A DNA stretch of 62,313 bases, the filler included, from Basidiobolus ranarum (lineage: Eukaryota): the NCBI GenBank assembly GCA_040143965.1. It is 29 parts of 29 records of this genome, joined end to end, with 100 filler letters (N's around TTAATTAATTAA, not from the genome) between each part and the next. Parts side by side here need not be neighbours in the genome. Positions count along the whole stretch, not along the records: positions 34,518 to 36,567 come from JASJQH010010735.1; positions 36,668 to 38,715 come from JASJQH010010736.1; positions 38,816 to 40,862 come from JASJQH010010737.1; positions 40,963 to 43,009 come from JASJQH010010738.1; positions 43,110 to 45,155 come from JASJQH010010739.1; positions 45,256 to 47,301 come from JASJQH010010740.1; positions 47,402 to 49,447 come from JASJQH010010741.1; 22 more parts are not named here. The stretch is one strand, 5' to 3'. Below the pieces are notes generated by a model, which saw only the letters and a program-made list of their open reading frames with translations, did not search any database and was not told where the DNA came from. The position numbers were made by a program, and so were the translations under genes. How positions within the stretch are numbered: position 1 is the first letter of the stretch; every line of letters begins with the position of its first letter. Of this stretch, positions 36,353 through 48,530 are shown in pieces.

Positions 36353-36567
36353 ATGGAATTGCCACCAGTTAGTAATAAGCCCAAATTAATTTTAATTGGG
36401 AAAGCTCGAGCAGGAAAGTCTACATTGGCTAACATGCTTGCATTTGGAACACTCATGGGTAATGGCCAGGACAAGTTTTTATATTCTGATGCACCCAGAG
36501 GTGTAACTAAAGAATGTTGTGCGGGTGAAGGAAAAGAATATAGGGTTGTTGATACCATAGGTTTGTG
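36353..36567 (+). CDS. Second AIG1-like GTPase, N-terminal fragment
   Basis: LIGKARAGKSTLANML, GVTKEC and VVDTIGL. Confidence 0.8.
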
Positions 36568-36667
36568 NNNNNNNNNNNNNNNNNNNNNNNNNNNNNNNNN
36601 NNNNNNNNNNNTTAATTAATTAANNNNNNNNNNNNNNNNNNNNNNNNNNNNNNNNNNNNNNNNNNNN

Positions 36668-36916
36668 GTTGTTGCCAATGTATTGACTAGCAATGGAGTG
36701 GTTCATGTTGTTGAAGGAGTCTTAATTCCTGGTCAACAGGCAAACAGCACTAGCCCTACCAATGGAGCTAAACCTACCAATGATTTATCAAGCTCAACCA
36801 GTGCAGCCAATGGGTCCAAGCCTACTACTAATTCACCAAATTCTGCCTCCACTCTAACTTCATTTGGCTTAAGCGGAGTGATTTTAGGGCTGTATTTCTT
36901 CAGCTCATTATTATAA
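36668..36916 (+). CDS. Fasciclin paralogue, C-terminal fragment
   Basis: VVANVLTSNGVVHVVEGVLIP plus a tail similar to, but distinct from, 30340-30584. Confidence 0.88.
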   Translation, partial: VVANVLTSNGVVHVVEGVLIPGQQANSTSPTNGAKPTNDLSSSTSAANGSKPTTNSPNSASTLTSFGLSGVILGLYFFSSLL

Positions 36917-38815
36917 ATTGCTAATACCTTGTAATGTAAAGTTCCTTAATATCATTATATGACTGACAGTGGAGCCGTCAAGTATTTTTTAAATAAAGGA
37001 AAGCTGCTAGCGCCATGACTATTAAATGGTTCATAAATTGATATTACTGGTGTAGGTAATTAAAAATTGCGACTATGGAGCATTATAGCAGATGTTAGAT
37101 AAATCCCCCTTTGTCAATAAAGACATTCGTTTGTGTGTAGATGTATCAAAGGGTACGACTGGTATAAAATTTACAATGCTTTTGAGAAATCATTTTTAAG
37201 TTACGGAGAAGGTTAGTACCTTTCTACTATCTTGTATAATGATGTTTAGTGCAGAATCGTTGATGCTCTTTTAATAGATCCAAGCAATTATTAGCTTGCG
37301 AATTCAGAATTATGCCAGAAAATTGCAACCAAAAACAATGCACTAGTGTTGACTTCCTTGAAATCGTCAGAGTGGTATAAGACAAAGTAAACAAACGTCT
37401 CTATCAGTTTGCAGTATAAGTTAGAATTTCTAATACCTCCACAGTTATGAGAAAGGCAATCGTAAAATCTCATATCGAGCTTTTTTTGTGTTTGAATAAT
37501 CACATCTGGAAATGAAACATCGATAGTGTAGGTAGTTGGCCTGTCATTACTCAAAATTTTTAAATTTCTGAGGTTTTTAGGGTAGGCTAAATTGTCTTGT
37601 TCTACCGGCTGCTATACTTGACTGTTATAAGATTTTCGGATGTCATAATTGATTGAATAGGGATCGATGTTGCGGGAGTTTATTAGACACAAGTATGCAG
37701 CACTAGTTTATAGGGTATTGAGGCGCAAATATGCTTATAATTTATTTCCAAGAACCCACCTCACCAAAAACAATTTTACTGACATACATTCATACTACAC
37801 ATCAACATCATCATTACTAGCAATACACCCACTACTATTTCCAGTAATTATTCGAGGAGTATGCCGTTTTGATGATAAAAATAAAGCATTGAATTAGTGG
37901 TGTGTACCAGCGCAAATAATGCTAGAATACTGACTTGAAGCAAACCATAAATGTATTTAAATTGTGATAGTATACAAATTTAGACATTCTTCATAGCATG
38001 ACCATAGATAGTGGATGAATAGCTATAAGGTACGAATCAGTCTCATGTATTAATTAAATTGCATTTGCTTGGCAGTATATAATACCTGGGTAAACAATGT
38101 TTATTACTCCGTTTCATTATACCATTAGGTGGTCTGATTAGGGCGCATCTATCGAGATGGGTGGGCTGCAGTGGATTCATAGAATGATCTTCTGTTTAGG
38201 TCAGTGCCACCCTATAAGTTGCTTAGTTCCTAGGCGTCAATCAGCCATTCGGGGTATGGGTATCATTTACAACGCCAACAAGTATCCCTCACTAATCTTA
38301 AATTAGTGTGAAATTACCCGATTTGGGCAACCAAGTGATTGTAAATCAATACCGCCACCTATAGTCAACTCCACAGCACGTGCTCACGTAGTATAATATC
38401 TCCGCATCGACGAAGATAGTGACAGTTGTTAGATCTATCTGTAATAAATCAATGCATTATGTAATTGCATTCAGGTTTGAGATGTTATCAGAGAATACTC
38501 AGAGTCGATCGTTCTGCAAGGAAGTTTCTAATTCAGAGTGGAGTAATCACGTTACCACTTCGGATTAATATTATTGAATAACCTAATCTCTAACTGTATG
38601 GAATATCAGAAGTCATGAGGGTGTATAGCAACTAGATAACCAACATACCACGCTCACACGTCATATTAACAGGTCCCAAATGTATTTGAAGCGATATGAA
38701 GTATTAATGAAATGTNNNNNNNNNNNNNNNNNNNNNNNNNNNNNNNNNNNNNNNNNNNNTTAATTAATTAANNNNNNNNNNNNNNNNNNNNNNNNNNNNN
38801 NNNNNNNNNNNNNNN

Positions 38816-39392
38816 CTTCCAATAAAGAAGGGTCAGAAGGTTCCTTTTCATCTCCAGAGACTACATCCCAAAGCTCCCTGTCTTCCAGCATGATTTGCAT
38901 CTTGAACTTCCAGAAATTGTAATTTTCTCCATCAAGCTTTTCAACACTTGAGTTAATAAAAGTGGTAGTAGTGGTTTCTGTCATGCTGTAAAGGTTAGAA
39001 CATGGTGCTAATAACCTGTTGAGAGAATATTGACTGCTGGGAGGAACTTTAGAAATGTGGAGTTGTGAATAGCTTTGTGAGATAATTATTTCTTGTCCAG
39101 AAATAAAGCATTTTTATATTTTGGTGGAAATATAGGAAACTAGCACTGGGATTTGTTCAGAACATCTGAGGGAGTAAAATGAGCCATCTCTGGGGCAATT
39201 TGGACAAGTTTGAAATTTCCAACATGGAATTGCTAATTCTTACATTATTCACATATACATATAATATATGCTCCATTTTTGGCTAAGTGATATTTGACAA
39301 AGTAATGTTAACCAACTTATATGTGATATTTGAAATGGTTAGGTGTATAAAGATAGAGCTAACAATTATCATAAAGACAATAAACTTCAACA
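38816..39392 (-). mobile_element. Copia family B 5' end: LTR (39017-39392), degenerate PBS, gag start (ATG 38984)
   Basis: CTCAACA|GGTTATTAGCACC, then MTETTTTTFINSSVEKLDGENYNFWKFKMQIMLEDRELW. Confidence 0.88.
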
Positions 39393-40802
39393 GGAACCAA
39401 TTATCAAGTTTGGAAAGTTATAATCAAAATGCAGCTAGAAGAAAAAGGACTTTGGGACACTGTTGAAGGAGAAGCAAATAATGCAAAACTATCTGAAACC
39501 AAAGCTTAACTCCAGGTTAAAAAAGAACAAAGTGCCTTTAACATATTTTGTCTCAATGTTGTGGACAAATTGGTAATTCAATGTTCAATAGCTAAAATTG
39601 CCAAGAAGGTATGCAAAGCCGTGGACAACACCTAACAAGCAAGTTCTGCTGCCAACAAGATGCTTTTAAGAAGACAATCCTTTAACTTAAAGATGAAACC
39701 AGGAGAAATCATCAAATCCCTAATGAATAGAGTCTCTATTTTAGTTGATGAAATAGAATGCCTTGGAGTACCTACTACTGATCAAGATATTGTAGTTACA
39801 GTCCTGAATAGCTTGTCACACCAGTTTCAGAGCCTAGTAATATACTCTAGAATCAAGGAATGAAAATTTGATCTTAAATTCTGCATTTGGCCAACTTCTG
39901 GATGAAGATTTACACAAATCAGATCCAACCAAAAGAATGAAGAAAATACTTTCATAGAAACTGGGAAACATTCATATAAAGGTCAAAAGCACTTTAAGCA
40001 GAAAGGTAACACATTTGGTGAATACTATAAAAAAACTAGCCATTTAAGCAAGGATTGCTTTAAAGAATTGCTAAAGAAGAAGAAAATACTGAATCTGGAA
40101 ATGCAGTGACAGCCAAAAATCACTTGTTCACTTGGGTCAACTTTAAGAAAAGAAAAAGGGAAGCACTCTTTCTCTTTAGAGATTCTAAAGCACTTGTAAA
40201 GACTGAAACTGGAACTAAAATCAAGAAAATATATACTGATAATGGTGGACAATATACTACAACACTTTGTGAGCACTTTTACAAAGTTCATGGAATTAGC
40301 TAGAAATTACTGCCTCCTTTGCACCTCAACAAAATGGAGTTGCTGATAGAGCCAACAGGACTATAATAGAAATGGCAACATCCATGATCAGTGCACAAAA
40401 TTTATTTTATAACTTTAGGGTGGAATCTGTTGCTACAGTGGTATATCTGAGGAATAGAAGTCCTACTAGAAATCTGTCTTACTCTACACCATATCCAGCT
40501 TGGCTTGCAGTTAGACCTGATGTAAAACCTGTAGGGATATTTGGATGCATTGCTTATATCAAAAATATAACCAGAAATTGGTCTAAATTGCTTCCAAAAA
40601 GTAAGAAATGCATATTTCTGTGTTATTGTACTCAAATCAAGGCCTACAGACTCTATGATGCCAAATTTCCAAGTTAAACAAGACCAGTGATATTTTGTGT
40701 AATGAAAATAAAAGATTTTCATCAAAAATGACCTCTGATGTTGACAAAAATCAATTTTCTCCTGATCTAATAATTCAAATTGATTCAAGCCATAACAATG
40801 AA
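39393..40802 (+). mobile_element. Internally deleted copia gag-integrase remnant
   Basis: Homologous to 22400-23300. TDNGGQY, QQNGVA and CIFLCYCTQIKAYRLYD remnants. Confidence 0.8.
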
Positions 40803-40962
40803 CCCTAACAAAAATAAAACGATCTGGATCGCATCCAACCTCCAAAGTAGCAAAACCATCAGNNNNNNNNNNNNNNNNNNNNNNNNNNNNNNNNNNNNNN
40901 NNNNNNTTAATTAATTAANNNNNNNNNNNNNNNNNNNNNNNNNNNNNNNNNNNNNNNNNNNN

Positions 40963-41481
40963 ATTCTCATTGTGAACAGTGACAAGAGTCAGCTATTTGC
41001 CAATTGTCAGTGCTATCCAAAATTTCAGGTGTTTAGCAATTTTTTCTTTGTTAGTTTACTGGTAAAGCATATTGATGTTGTTGAGTTATGTCCAATCAGT
41101 CAAGTATGTGCATATATAGCAACTACACACAACAAGATTCTTGTTTCTTTTGATTCTCATTATGGCTGGAATACAAAGCCTAAAATATCTAAATAAAGGC
41201 ATGCTTATTAATTCCAATTTCAACAGCAATAAACCCAGTAATTTGCCATTCAAAAATTAGATTTTTGCAAAAATTGCCGGAAATTAATAATGCATGCCAA
41301 ATATGAGGGTCTCTATTTTAACATATATGAACACCATCAAAATACCATCAGGAAGTAACCATTACACCATCAAAATACCTGGCAGAATGCTAGCCACCAA
41401 TATTGTGATGGTTCTCTGACAGTTCTGCAATCCAGAAGGGTGGAACCAATCCGGATGAAATCAATTTTATTTTTGTTAGGG
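40963..41481 (-). repeat. Non-coding element E with CCCTAACAAAAATAAAA terminus
   Basis: Inverted homologue of 48242-48530. The same terminus occurs at 40803. Confidence 0.7.
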
Positions 41482-41489
41482 TGGGCCAG

Positions 41490-43009
41490 CAATTAGGAGA
41501 CAATAGCCTTTGTTCTGATATCCTTATTGCATATATGTAATTACCTTATTGTCTAATTTCCTATGCAGAGGTTTTGGAATATGAGCATATACTATTGTTC
41601 CAAAAATTCTCACATAATTCAGATTAGGCATGTTTCCAGTCTGGATTTCAATAGGAGTTTTAGAGTCACAGTTGCTATGTGTTGGACTTCTATTTTGGAG
41701 ATATGTACCTATTAAAATAGCTTCACCTTAACAGGTCTTAGGCAGATCTGAATCAATCAGCATTGTACATGTTTTCTCTACTCAAGACTTATTCATCCTT
41801 TCTACAACTCCATTTTGTTCTGCACTGTATCAAATAGTAAATTGCTGCTGAATTTTCTTTTCTTGATAAAAACTAGTCATGGCTTCATTGCTAAGTTCAG
41901 TTCCATTATTACTGCATAGGCATTGGATTTTTCTTCCTGTTATGGTTGTAACCATTGCTTCATATAGTTTGAAATATTGAAACACTTCTCTTTTGTCAAC
42001 AGAAGATTTGAAACTGTGAAGTGAGATATATCATCAATAAAGATGAGTAAATATTGTCACTTACTTGGTGTCAGAGTTTGCATTGGGCCACATAATACTG
42101 TTTGAATAAGATTCAATATATCTTTGGCTTTGCTAGCTCCTTTGTTTAGAAATGGTCTTTGGGTGATTTTCCCTTGAATACAGCTTTCACATTTAGTAAT
42201 GTTGGAGGACTTAAGATCCATTCCAGTATATAGGCTACTTTTATATAATGGTTTCACACTATTATAGCTTAGATGAATCAAGCACTGATGCCAAGTCATC
42301 AAGTTTCCAGAGGTAATTGTTGCAAGTTAGAAACAGTCTCAGTCATTGGTGCAATATCCAGGTAATATAGATTCCAAATTCTTGTTCCAGTTTCTATTAT
42401 CAACTCCTTTGATTTGTATATGGTTGCGTTTCCTTGGCTGAACTTGACATCATAATGATTCTTCACATTTGATCCCTATGAAAACAGATTTGCTCTAAAT
42501 GTGCTATATGTCCCAGTTTTTCACATTTGTAACATTTCACAGTGCTCCTTTCTGGTTGGCTATTTCAAGAATAAAATGCTGTGTAGTTTTTGTTTCATCT
42601 GCAAGCTGACTTATGTCTTTCCTTTTAAATTTTTGCTGCCATAGACAAGTGAATAGATAATGCTGAGTAAGCTTATCTCCAATTGCTTCCAAAATGAGTA
42701 CAAGGGCTTAATATGCCTTAGGGAGACCATTGATTATGGTAAGAATTATATTAATTTCAGGTACTTCATAACTCACTAATTCCAGTTGTGGAGCAAGTTT
42801 CTTGACACCATTTACATATGTAATAATATCTGAATCCTCAGACATACAAGAGTTTAGGAATTTTTTTGTAGCATCATCAAGTGAGCAAGCCCGTTTTGCT
42901 CATGATGTTCTACAAGGATTTCCCATGCATTCTTGGCAGAGTCAATATCTCTGACTAGCATAGGTTGTGGGGATCCCATTCTTAGACATATTTCCCTAAA
43001 TGCCAATTT
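41490..43009 (-). mobile_element. Deleted copia gag-integrase (family C)
   Basis: 41490-42500 aligns with 33310-34340, and 42520-43009 aligns with gag at 45256-45745. The intervening protease region is missing. Confidence 0.85.
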
Positions 43010-43111
43010 NNNNNNNNNNNNNNNNNNNNNNNNNNNNNNNNNNNNNNNNNNNNTTAATTAATTAANNNNNNNNNNNNNNNNNNNNNNNNNNNNNNNNNNN
43101 NNNNNNNNNAC

Positions 43112-43654
43112 ATTGATGGTCAACTTCACCCTCATTCCTTCTTCCGCGATGGTGAGGATACTAGACGTGTTGAATTGACTGTCTCTCGAAGCGGTAGTAT
43201 CACCATCGAGTCTCGCCTCAAGGATCTTCTCGTTCTGAAGTCCACAGGCTCTAACTTCACCGACTTTCATCGTTACGAATACACCACTCTTCAAGATGCC
43301 CATGACCGTATATTTTCCACCAGCGTCGATGCTAATTGGACCTATAGTTTAGATAAGTCTAAGCTTGAGGAGATTCCATTCGATGCGATTGCATCCGGTG
43401 TTCGTGAAATCACTCTTGGTACCTTTGCCACAGACGATTCAGCCTCAGTCCAAGCCACCATGTATAAGATGGGAGAGAGAGTGTTAGCTGAACACGAAGA
43501 TGTTAGCGAAATTAGCTATGCTCTCCCCAACAAGCATTACTTTAGTGTTAATCTTAAACCCTTTAACGTACCTAATGAAGGTAAGGATATGAACATTTTC
43601 CAACCTGTTAGTGATCCATCCGGTTATATCACTGCAACTATCGCTCGTCGTTAA
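43112..43654 (+). CDS. Urate oxidase (uricase), C-terminal fragment
   Basis: HPHSFFRDG, LLVLKSTGSNF, TTL...DRIFSTSV, SASVQATMYKM, LPNKHYF, PSGYI. Confidence 0.95.
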   Translation: MDGQLHPHSFFRDGEDTRRVELTVSRSGSITIESRLKDLLVLKSTGSNFTDFHRYEYTTLQDAHDRIFSTSVDANWTYSLDKSKLEEIPFDAIASGVREITLGTFATDDSASVQATMYKMGERVLAEHEDVSEISYALPNKHYFSVNLKPFNVPNEGKDMNIFQPVSDPSGYITATIARR

Positions 43655-44792
43655 AAATTCATTCCCTATTAACGTTTAGCAACTACTGTACTTCAATTCG
43701 AACGATAACCATAATAGCATCAACTATCGTTTCATGGATCCAAATTAATTTCGTAAATTAAATGTCATCAACATTATTGAAATTATTTATTTATATCGTA
43801 TAACACAAGAGGTTGACAATTAAACCGTAGCGACTAATAACACTTCCTCTACCGCTCCCCTGCCCAAGAGGAACCTAGATATTGGCTACAATCTAGCATT
43901 GGTAACTCGGCGTGTGCCCAAAATCTAATGCACTTTCTAGATGGCTAATCGAAATTGGGTCAACCACTCCAGTAACTGTGAATTTGGTTAGTGTATCTCT
44001 TAATTATATGATATTCAGTATTCATAAGGTCAATATTCTGTTAACTACTCCAAGTTACGTGAACTTTAACTTGATTGTCCAATAATTGGGATTGAAGATA
44101 ACATGGCCTTGGGGGAGTCCAAAGTATCCAATCGATTTAATGAATATTCCATTACATTTCTCCACTGGAGTGTTCGAATTACTAAAATTCCACGCAAATA
44201 CTTATCCAAATGATTGAGGTTCAGTGATTCATCGGGATTTTGATTAGGTTATGATCACAGCCACCGTCAGCTTATTCATTATTTGTATTTACACCATAAT
44301 TCATTAGCATTGTGGATCGTATGGAACCGTTAGCGATTATTTAGTCAATGGTAGATTGATATTGGGCATTTGTTGAACGTTGAAGATAATCCTATAACTA
44401 TGCTGATAGATCGTGGTACACTCTTATTATATAAAGTTTGTTGAAATATTAGAATTTAGCAACTAAATATTTGCACATCCTGTTTCTTATACATCAATAT
44501 TTATTTTTGATGGAGAACTGTAATAAGTATTAATTTCATATATTTCTAATATGCATAGGTGACACATATTTTCCATTATCTCATGTAATATTTTTGGTAT
44601 TTGGAATGAATTGATTTACCCAGCATAGTAGAAACAGTATATTATCTGTATTAACTATGTGCAAGGATATATTATGTGAGATAGTTTCCTTTATTAACTG
44701 GGTGATAACAGATACCAAAACATTAATTTTTGATGCTCTCACCATGCTATTTATACTCATATCAAGGCCCAAGGTTAGTTTTTTATTCCTTT

Positions 44793-45155
44793 GGTTGAAA
44801 TTAGCATTGCCTAAGCATCTATGTAATCATATATAGCTTAGTATTTAGATATTCTATATTGAACTAGGATATTACCTAACTTTCTGAAGAGGAATTTACT
44901 TGGAATAATGTAATCTACTTGGAAGTTCTCAGTTATATAAATTTTCAAAGAAGCCCTGAACTTTGCACAGATGCTCCTAGAAACTCTCTTAGCACAATCT
45001 ACATGCTAGTTTGTTTATATCTTGACAACACTATAAATGTCCATTTTCTACTCAATAAACTCATGAGTGAAAACTACCAATTGCTCTAGTTCTCTAAGCT
45101 ATTGAAGTATTTGGGAGCCTGTTGGAAGTAGTTTGGAGAATTAGAGAAATTGGTG
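44793..45155. mobile_element. Degenerate LTR A abutting an inverted LTR A end
   Basis: GTTGAAATTAGCATTGCCTAAGCA start; inverted end begins near 45100. Confidence 0.75.
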
Positions 45156-45255
45156 NNNNNNNNNNNNNNNNNNNNNNNNNNNNNNNNNNNNNNNNNNNNT
45201 TAATTAATTAANNNNNNNNNNNNNNNNNNNNNNNNNNNNNNNNNNNNNNNNNNNN

Positions 45256-46309
45256 TCCACATTTGTAACATTTCACAGTGCTCCTTTCTGGTTGGCTATT
45301 TTGAGAATAAAATGCTTGTGTAGTTTTTGTTTCATCTGCATGCTGACTTTTGTCTTTCCTTTTAAATTCTTCTTGACATAGATGAGAGATCAGATAATGC
45401 TGAGTAAGCTTATCCCCAATTGCTTCCAAAGTGAGTACAAGGGCTGAATATGATTCAGGGAGACCATTGATTATGGTAAGAATTATATCCATTTCAGGTA
45501 CTTCATAATTCACTGATTCCAGTTGTTGGGCCAGTTTCCTGACACCATTTACATATATCATAATAACTGAATCCTCAGACATACAAGAGTTTAAGAATTT
45601 TCTCTGTAGCATCATCAAGTGAGCAAGCCCTTTTTGCTGATGATGTTTGACTATAATTTCCCATGCATTCTTGGCAGAGTTAGCATCTCTGACTAGCATA
45701 AGTTGTTGTGATCCCAGTCTTAGACATATTTCCCTAAATGCCAATCTGTCTTTTTCTTTGAAGGCTGCCCTGGCTTCTTTACATGTTGGCTTCTTTGTTT
45801 CAGTGTCAGAATCTGTACTTTCTTCTTCAGAAGTTTCTTCTTCTTTATCTGGTTGAACTACTTCCCAGACATGTTTCCCATCAAGCACAAGTTGCGTCTT
45901 GAATTTCCAGTGATGGAAATCTTCCCCATTGAATATTGGAATATTTGTAATCTTGTTTTGGGAAGAAGACTCTAATTCACTGGCTGCTACCATGTTGGAG
46001 GATCTTGACATAATGGAGGTAGACTTTGAGTTTTAGAAGCAACTTATGATAGTGTGTTTTAGTTAGTTTATTCTCAAGAGTATATGGTGACTTATATAGT
46101 AGAAAAGTAAATCAATTGTTTGAGATATTCAGGAGTTTGTGTAATAAGATATAATAGATAAGTGGCAGTGATAAGACATACTTGTTATATAGATATAGAG
46201 ATATTCCTATTTAAAATATAGGGGCTATAGATACATTGCTTTCTGTTTCTGATACATGTATCATAACTAAAGTTAACTATGATGTTGAATAAAGATTAAT
46301 TATCCAACA
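45256..46309 (-). mobile_element. Copia family C 5' end: LTR (45993-46309, 317 bp), PBS TGGTAGCAGCCA (45981-45992), open gag
   Basis: TGTTGGAT...CTCCAACA termini. Gag IPIFNGEDFHHWK...GLPESY...KCYKCG knuckle start. Confidence 0.9.
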
Positions 46310-47191
46310 TATACTCTCATCAGTACTGGAATTACCAAGGTCAACATCTAGCAGCAAGTCCTCAAAGTTGTCTGGACTCACTGGTTTGACCAAAGTTGCA
46401 TTTTGACCTACATCATTCTGGTCATATAACTGTGGTAACTCCCTGGTATCTTGACTTTTGGCAGTGTTACCAAAACTTTGAGGCAAACTACAGTCAGTGG
46501 ACTCAATAGGCAAAACTAAAGTCGATTTAGTGCACATATTACTGTTGTTATACACCAGGCTTTGTGCAGCTGGTGGCTTTGTACAGTGACCATGCTTGTG
46601 GTTATTTTTTCTATGAGGCCTCCAGCTTTCATAGCTCAAGAATTTGTGGCAATAATAGCAGGGCTTCTTTAAACATTTGTGTTGGGGTATAAAAAGGATA
46701 TTGTAGAAAAAAGAACACCTTTCATGTAAGGGTAGTATTTTGGATATAGCCCATCAATATCATCAGCTGATTCTGAGATGGTGTCACAGTTGAGTCATCA
46801 GGGGATTTACAAGATATTTCCGGTAATCGAAGGCAATTTTGGTTTATTATAAGCTGTTTCTAAGCAATTTCATTACACTAAGTTTACCATCTGAAAGTTT
46901 CAATGCCATTCAAAAGGCATTCAAAATCTAAGTCAAAATTGGCTACCAAGCCAAAGCCTGCTGGCACAAAAGGAAAAAAACCAGCAAGAACAGAGGACTT
47001 AATTGATGAGCAGTCTAGCAATCCACCATCCACTTTGGAAGGCATTTACATGTGAGAGACTAACTCAAGTAAAGATGAAGCATTAATAAACTTACCAGAT
47101 GTGTTCCTTTCCAGCAATAGTGCAAGTGAAGAGATTGTAATCCCCCAATTATGTAGTAAATCAATAGTTGAGAAAAGTTCAATCAAACCAC
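46310..47191. mobile_element. CACTA/CMC element central (divergent promoter) region
   Basis: Collinear with 54600-55480. Confidence 0.75.
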
Positions 47192-47217
47192 TGTTGAAAT
47201 TATTTAGGGAGAAATAT

Positions 47218-47290
47218 TGGTCTGGCCAGGAATTGAACCTGGGACCTCCTTCACTCTAGCAAGGTGCTCTAACCACTGAGCTACCAGTCC
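47218..47290 (-). tRNA. tRNA-like pseudogene/Pol III cassette (AGA at anticodon position, short variable loop)
   Basis: 73-nt cloverleaf GGACTGG TA GCTC AGTGGTTA GAGC A CCTTG CTAGAGT GAAGG AGGTC CCAGG TTCAATT CCTGG CCAGACC A. A and B boxes present; one mismatch each in the acceptor and anticodon stems. Confidence 0.75.
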
Positions 47291-47401
47291 TTGTATGCTA
47301 TNNNNNNNNNNNNNNNNNNNNNNNNNNNNNNNNNNNNNNNNNNNNTTAATTAATTAANNNNNNNNNNNNNNNNNNNNNNNNNNNNNNNNNNNNNNNNNNN
47401 N

Positions 47402-48241
47402 AATACTGCCACAGCTGAAGAGATAGACTGGAATATCTGGCATAGGAGATTGGGTCATCTAGGAGCTGAAAACTTAAAAAATGTAATCAAAAACAAGATG
47501 GTTTTGGGACTACATTTTGTAATACCACCAGATCTGGAGCTATGTGAAGGTTGCCTTTATGGTAGGCAACACAGAAAGCCAATTGTGGGCTCTGGAATGA
47601 GCAAAATTGATCAAAATTGGGCCTGATACACTCAGATCTGTGTGGTCCAATGCAGACAAAATCCTTAGGTGGAAAAAAGTGTTTTATGACTTTTATTGAT
47701 GATAAGGCAAAGTATACTTGGGTGTACTTCCTGGCCAGTAAGGATGAAGCCATTGATACCTTCAAGAAATTCAAAGCAATGGTGGAGACTGAAACAGGTC
47801 TAAAAATGAAGATTATCCATACTGATAATGGAGGGGAATATATCTCAAACTCTTCTCTAAATTCCACCCAACATATTGGATAAAATAGCAGCTTACAGTG
47901 CCATATTCCCAATAGCAGAATGGAGTAGCAGAATATGCAAGCATATCAATAATGGAAAAGGCAAGATCAATGCCTCAAGGTCAATATTTACCAAAATAGT
48001 TTTGGGCTGAATAGGTTGCAACTGCAGTATATATTAGGAACAGATGTCATGCTAGGTCTCTATTGGCTATGACACCTTATCAAGCTTGGTTTGGAAGTAA
48101 ACCTGATGTGGCTAATCTCAGAGTTTTTGGAAGTACCACATATGCAATGCCTCCAGACCAGAAGAGATCAAAATTAGACCAAAAAAGCCAGAAATGTCTT
48201 TTTTTGGGATATTGTGATGGAGCAAAGGGGTACAGACTATG
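47402..48241 (+). mobile_element. Degenerate copia integrase
   Basis: WHRRLGHL, IHSDLCGPM, TDNGGEY and CLFLGYCDGAKGYRL. Confidence 0.9.
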
Positions 48242-48530
48242 CCCTAACAAAAATAAAATTGATTTAATCTGGATTGAATCCACCCTCCAAAATAGCAACA
48301 CCATCATAGAATTGTCACAATATTGATGGCTTGCATTGTGCCATTGATTTTGATGGTGTCATAGTGGTTTCTTGATGGTATTACAATAGTATTCATACGT
48401 GTTAAATATTGATCCTCACACTTAGCATGTGTCATCCAATCCCCAATAATTTTTGGAAAAATCTAATTCTAGAATAGCAAGTTACTGGGTTTACTGCCAT
48501 GGGAATTTGAATTAATATGCATGCCTTTAT
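48242..48530 (+). repeat. Element E inserted in the integrase and itself interrupted by LTR B
   Basis: CCCTAACAAAAATAAAA start; matches ~41190-41481 inverted. Confidence 0.7.

Noticed and set aside
43112-43654. Purine/nucleoside salvage cluster (uricase with CNT transporters and nuclease)
   Set aside because: The genes are on separate unlinked contigs; co-occurrence reflects only length sorting.
47218-47290. Functional tRNA-Ser(AGA) or amber suppressor
   Set aside because: No long variable arm and two stem mismatches; CTA is not centred in the anticodon loop. Kept only as a tRNA-like cassette.
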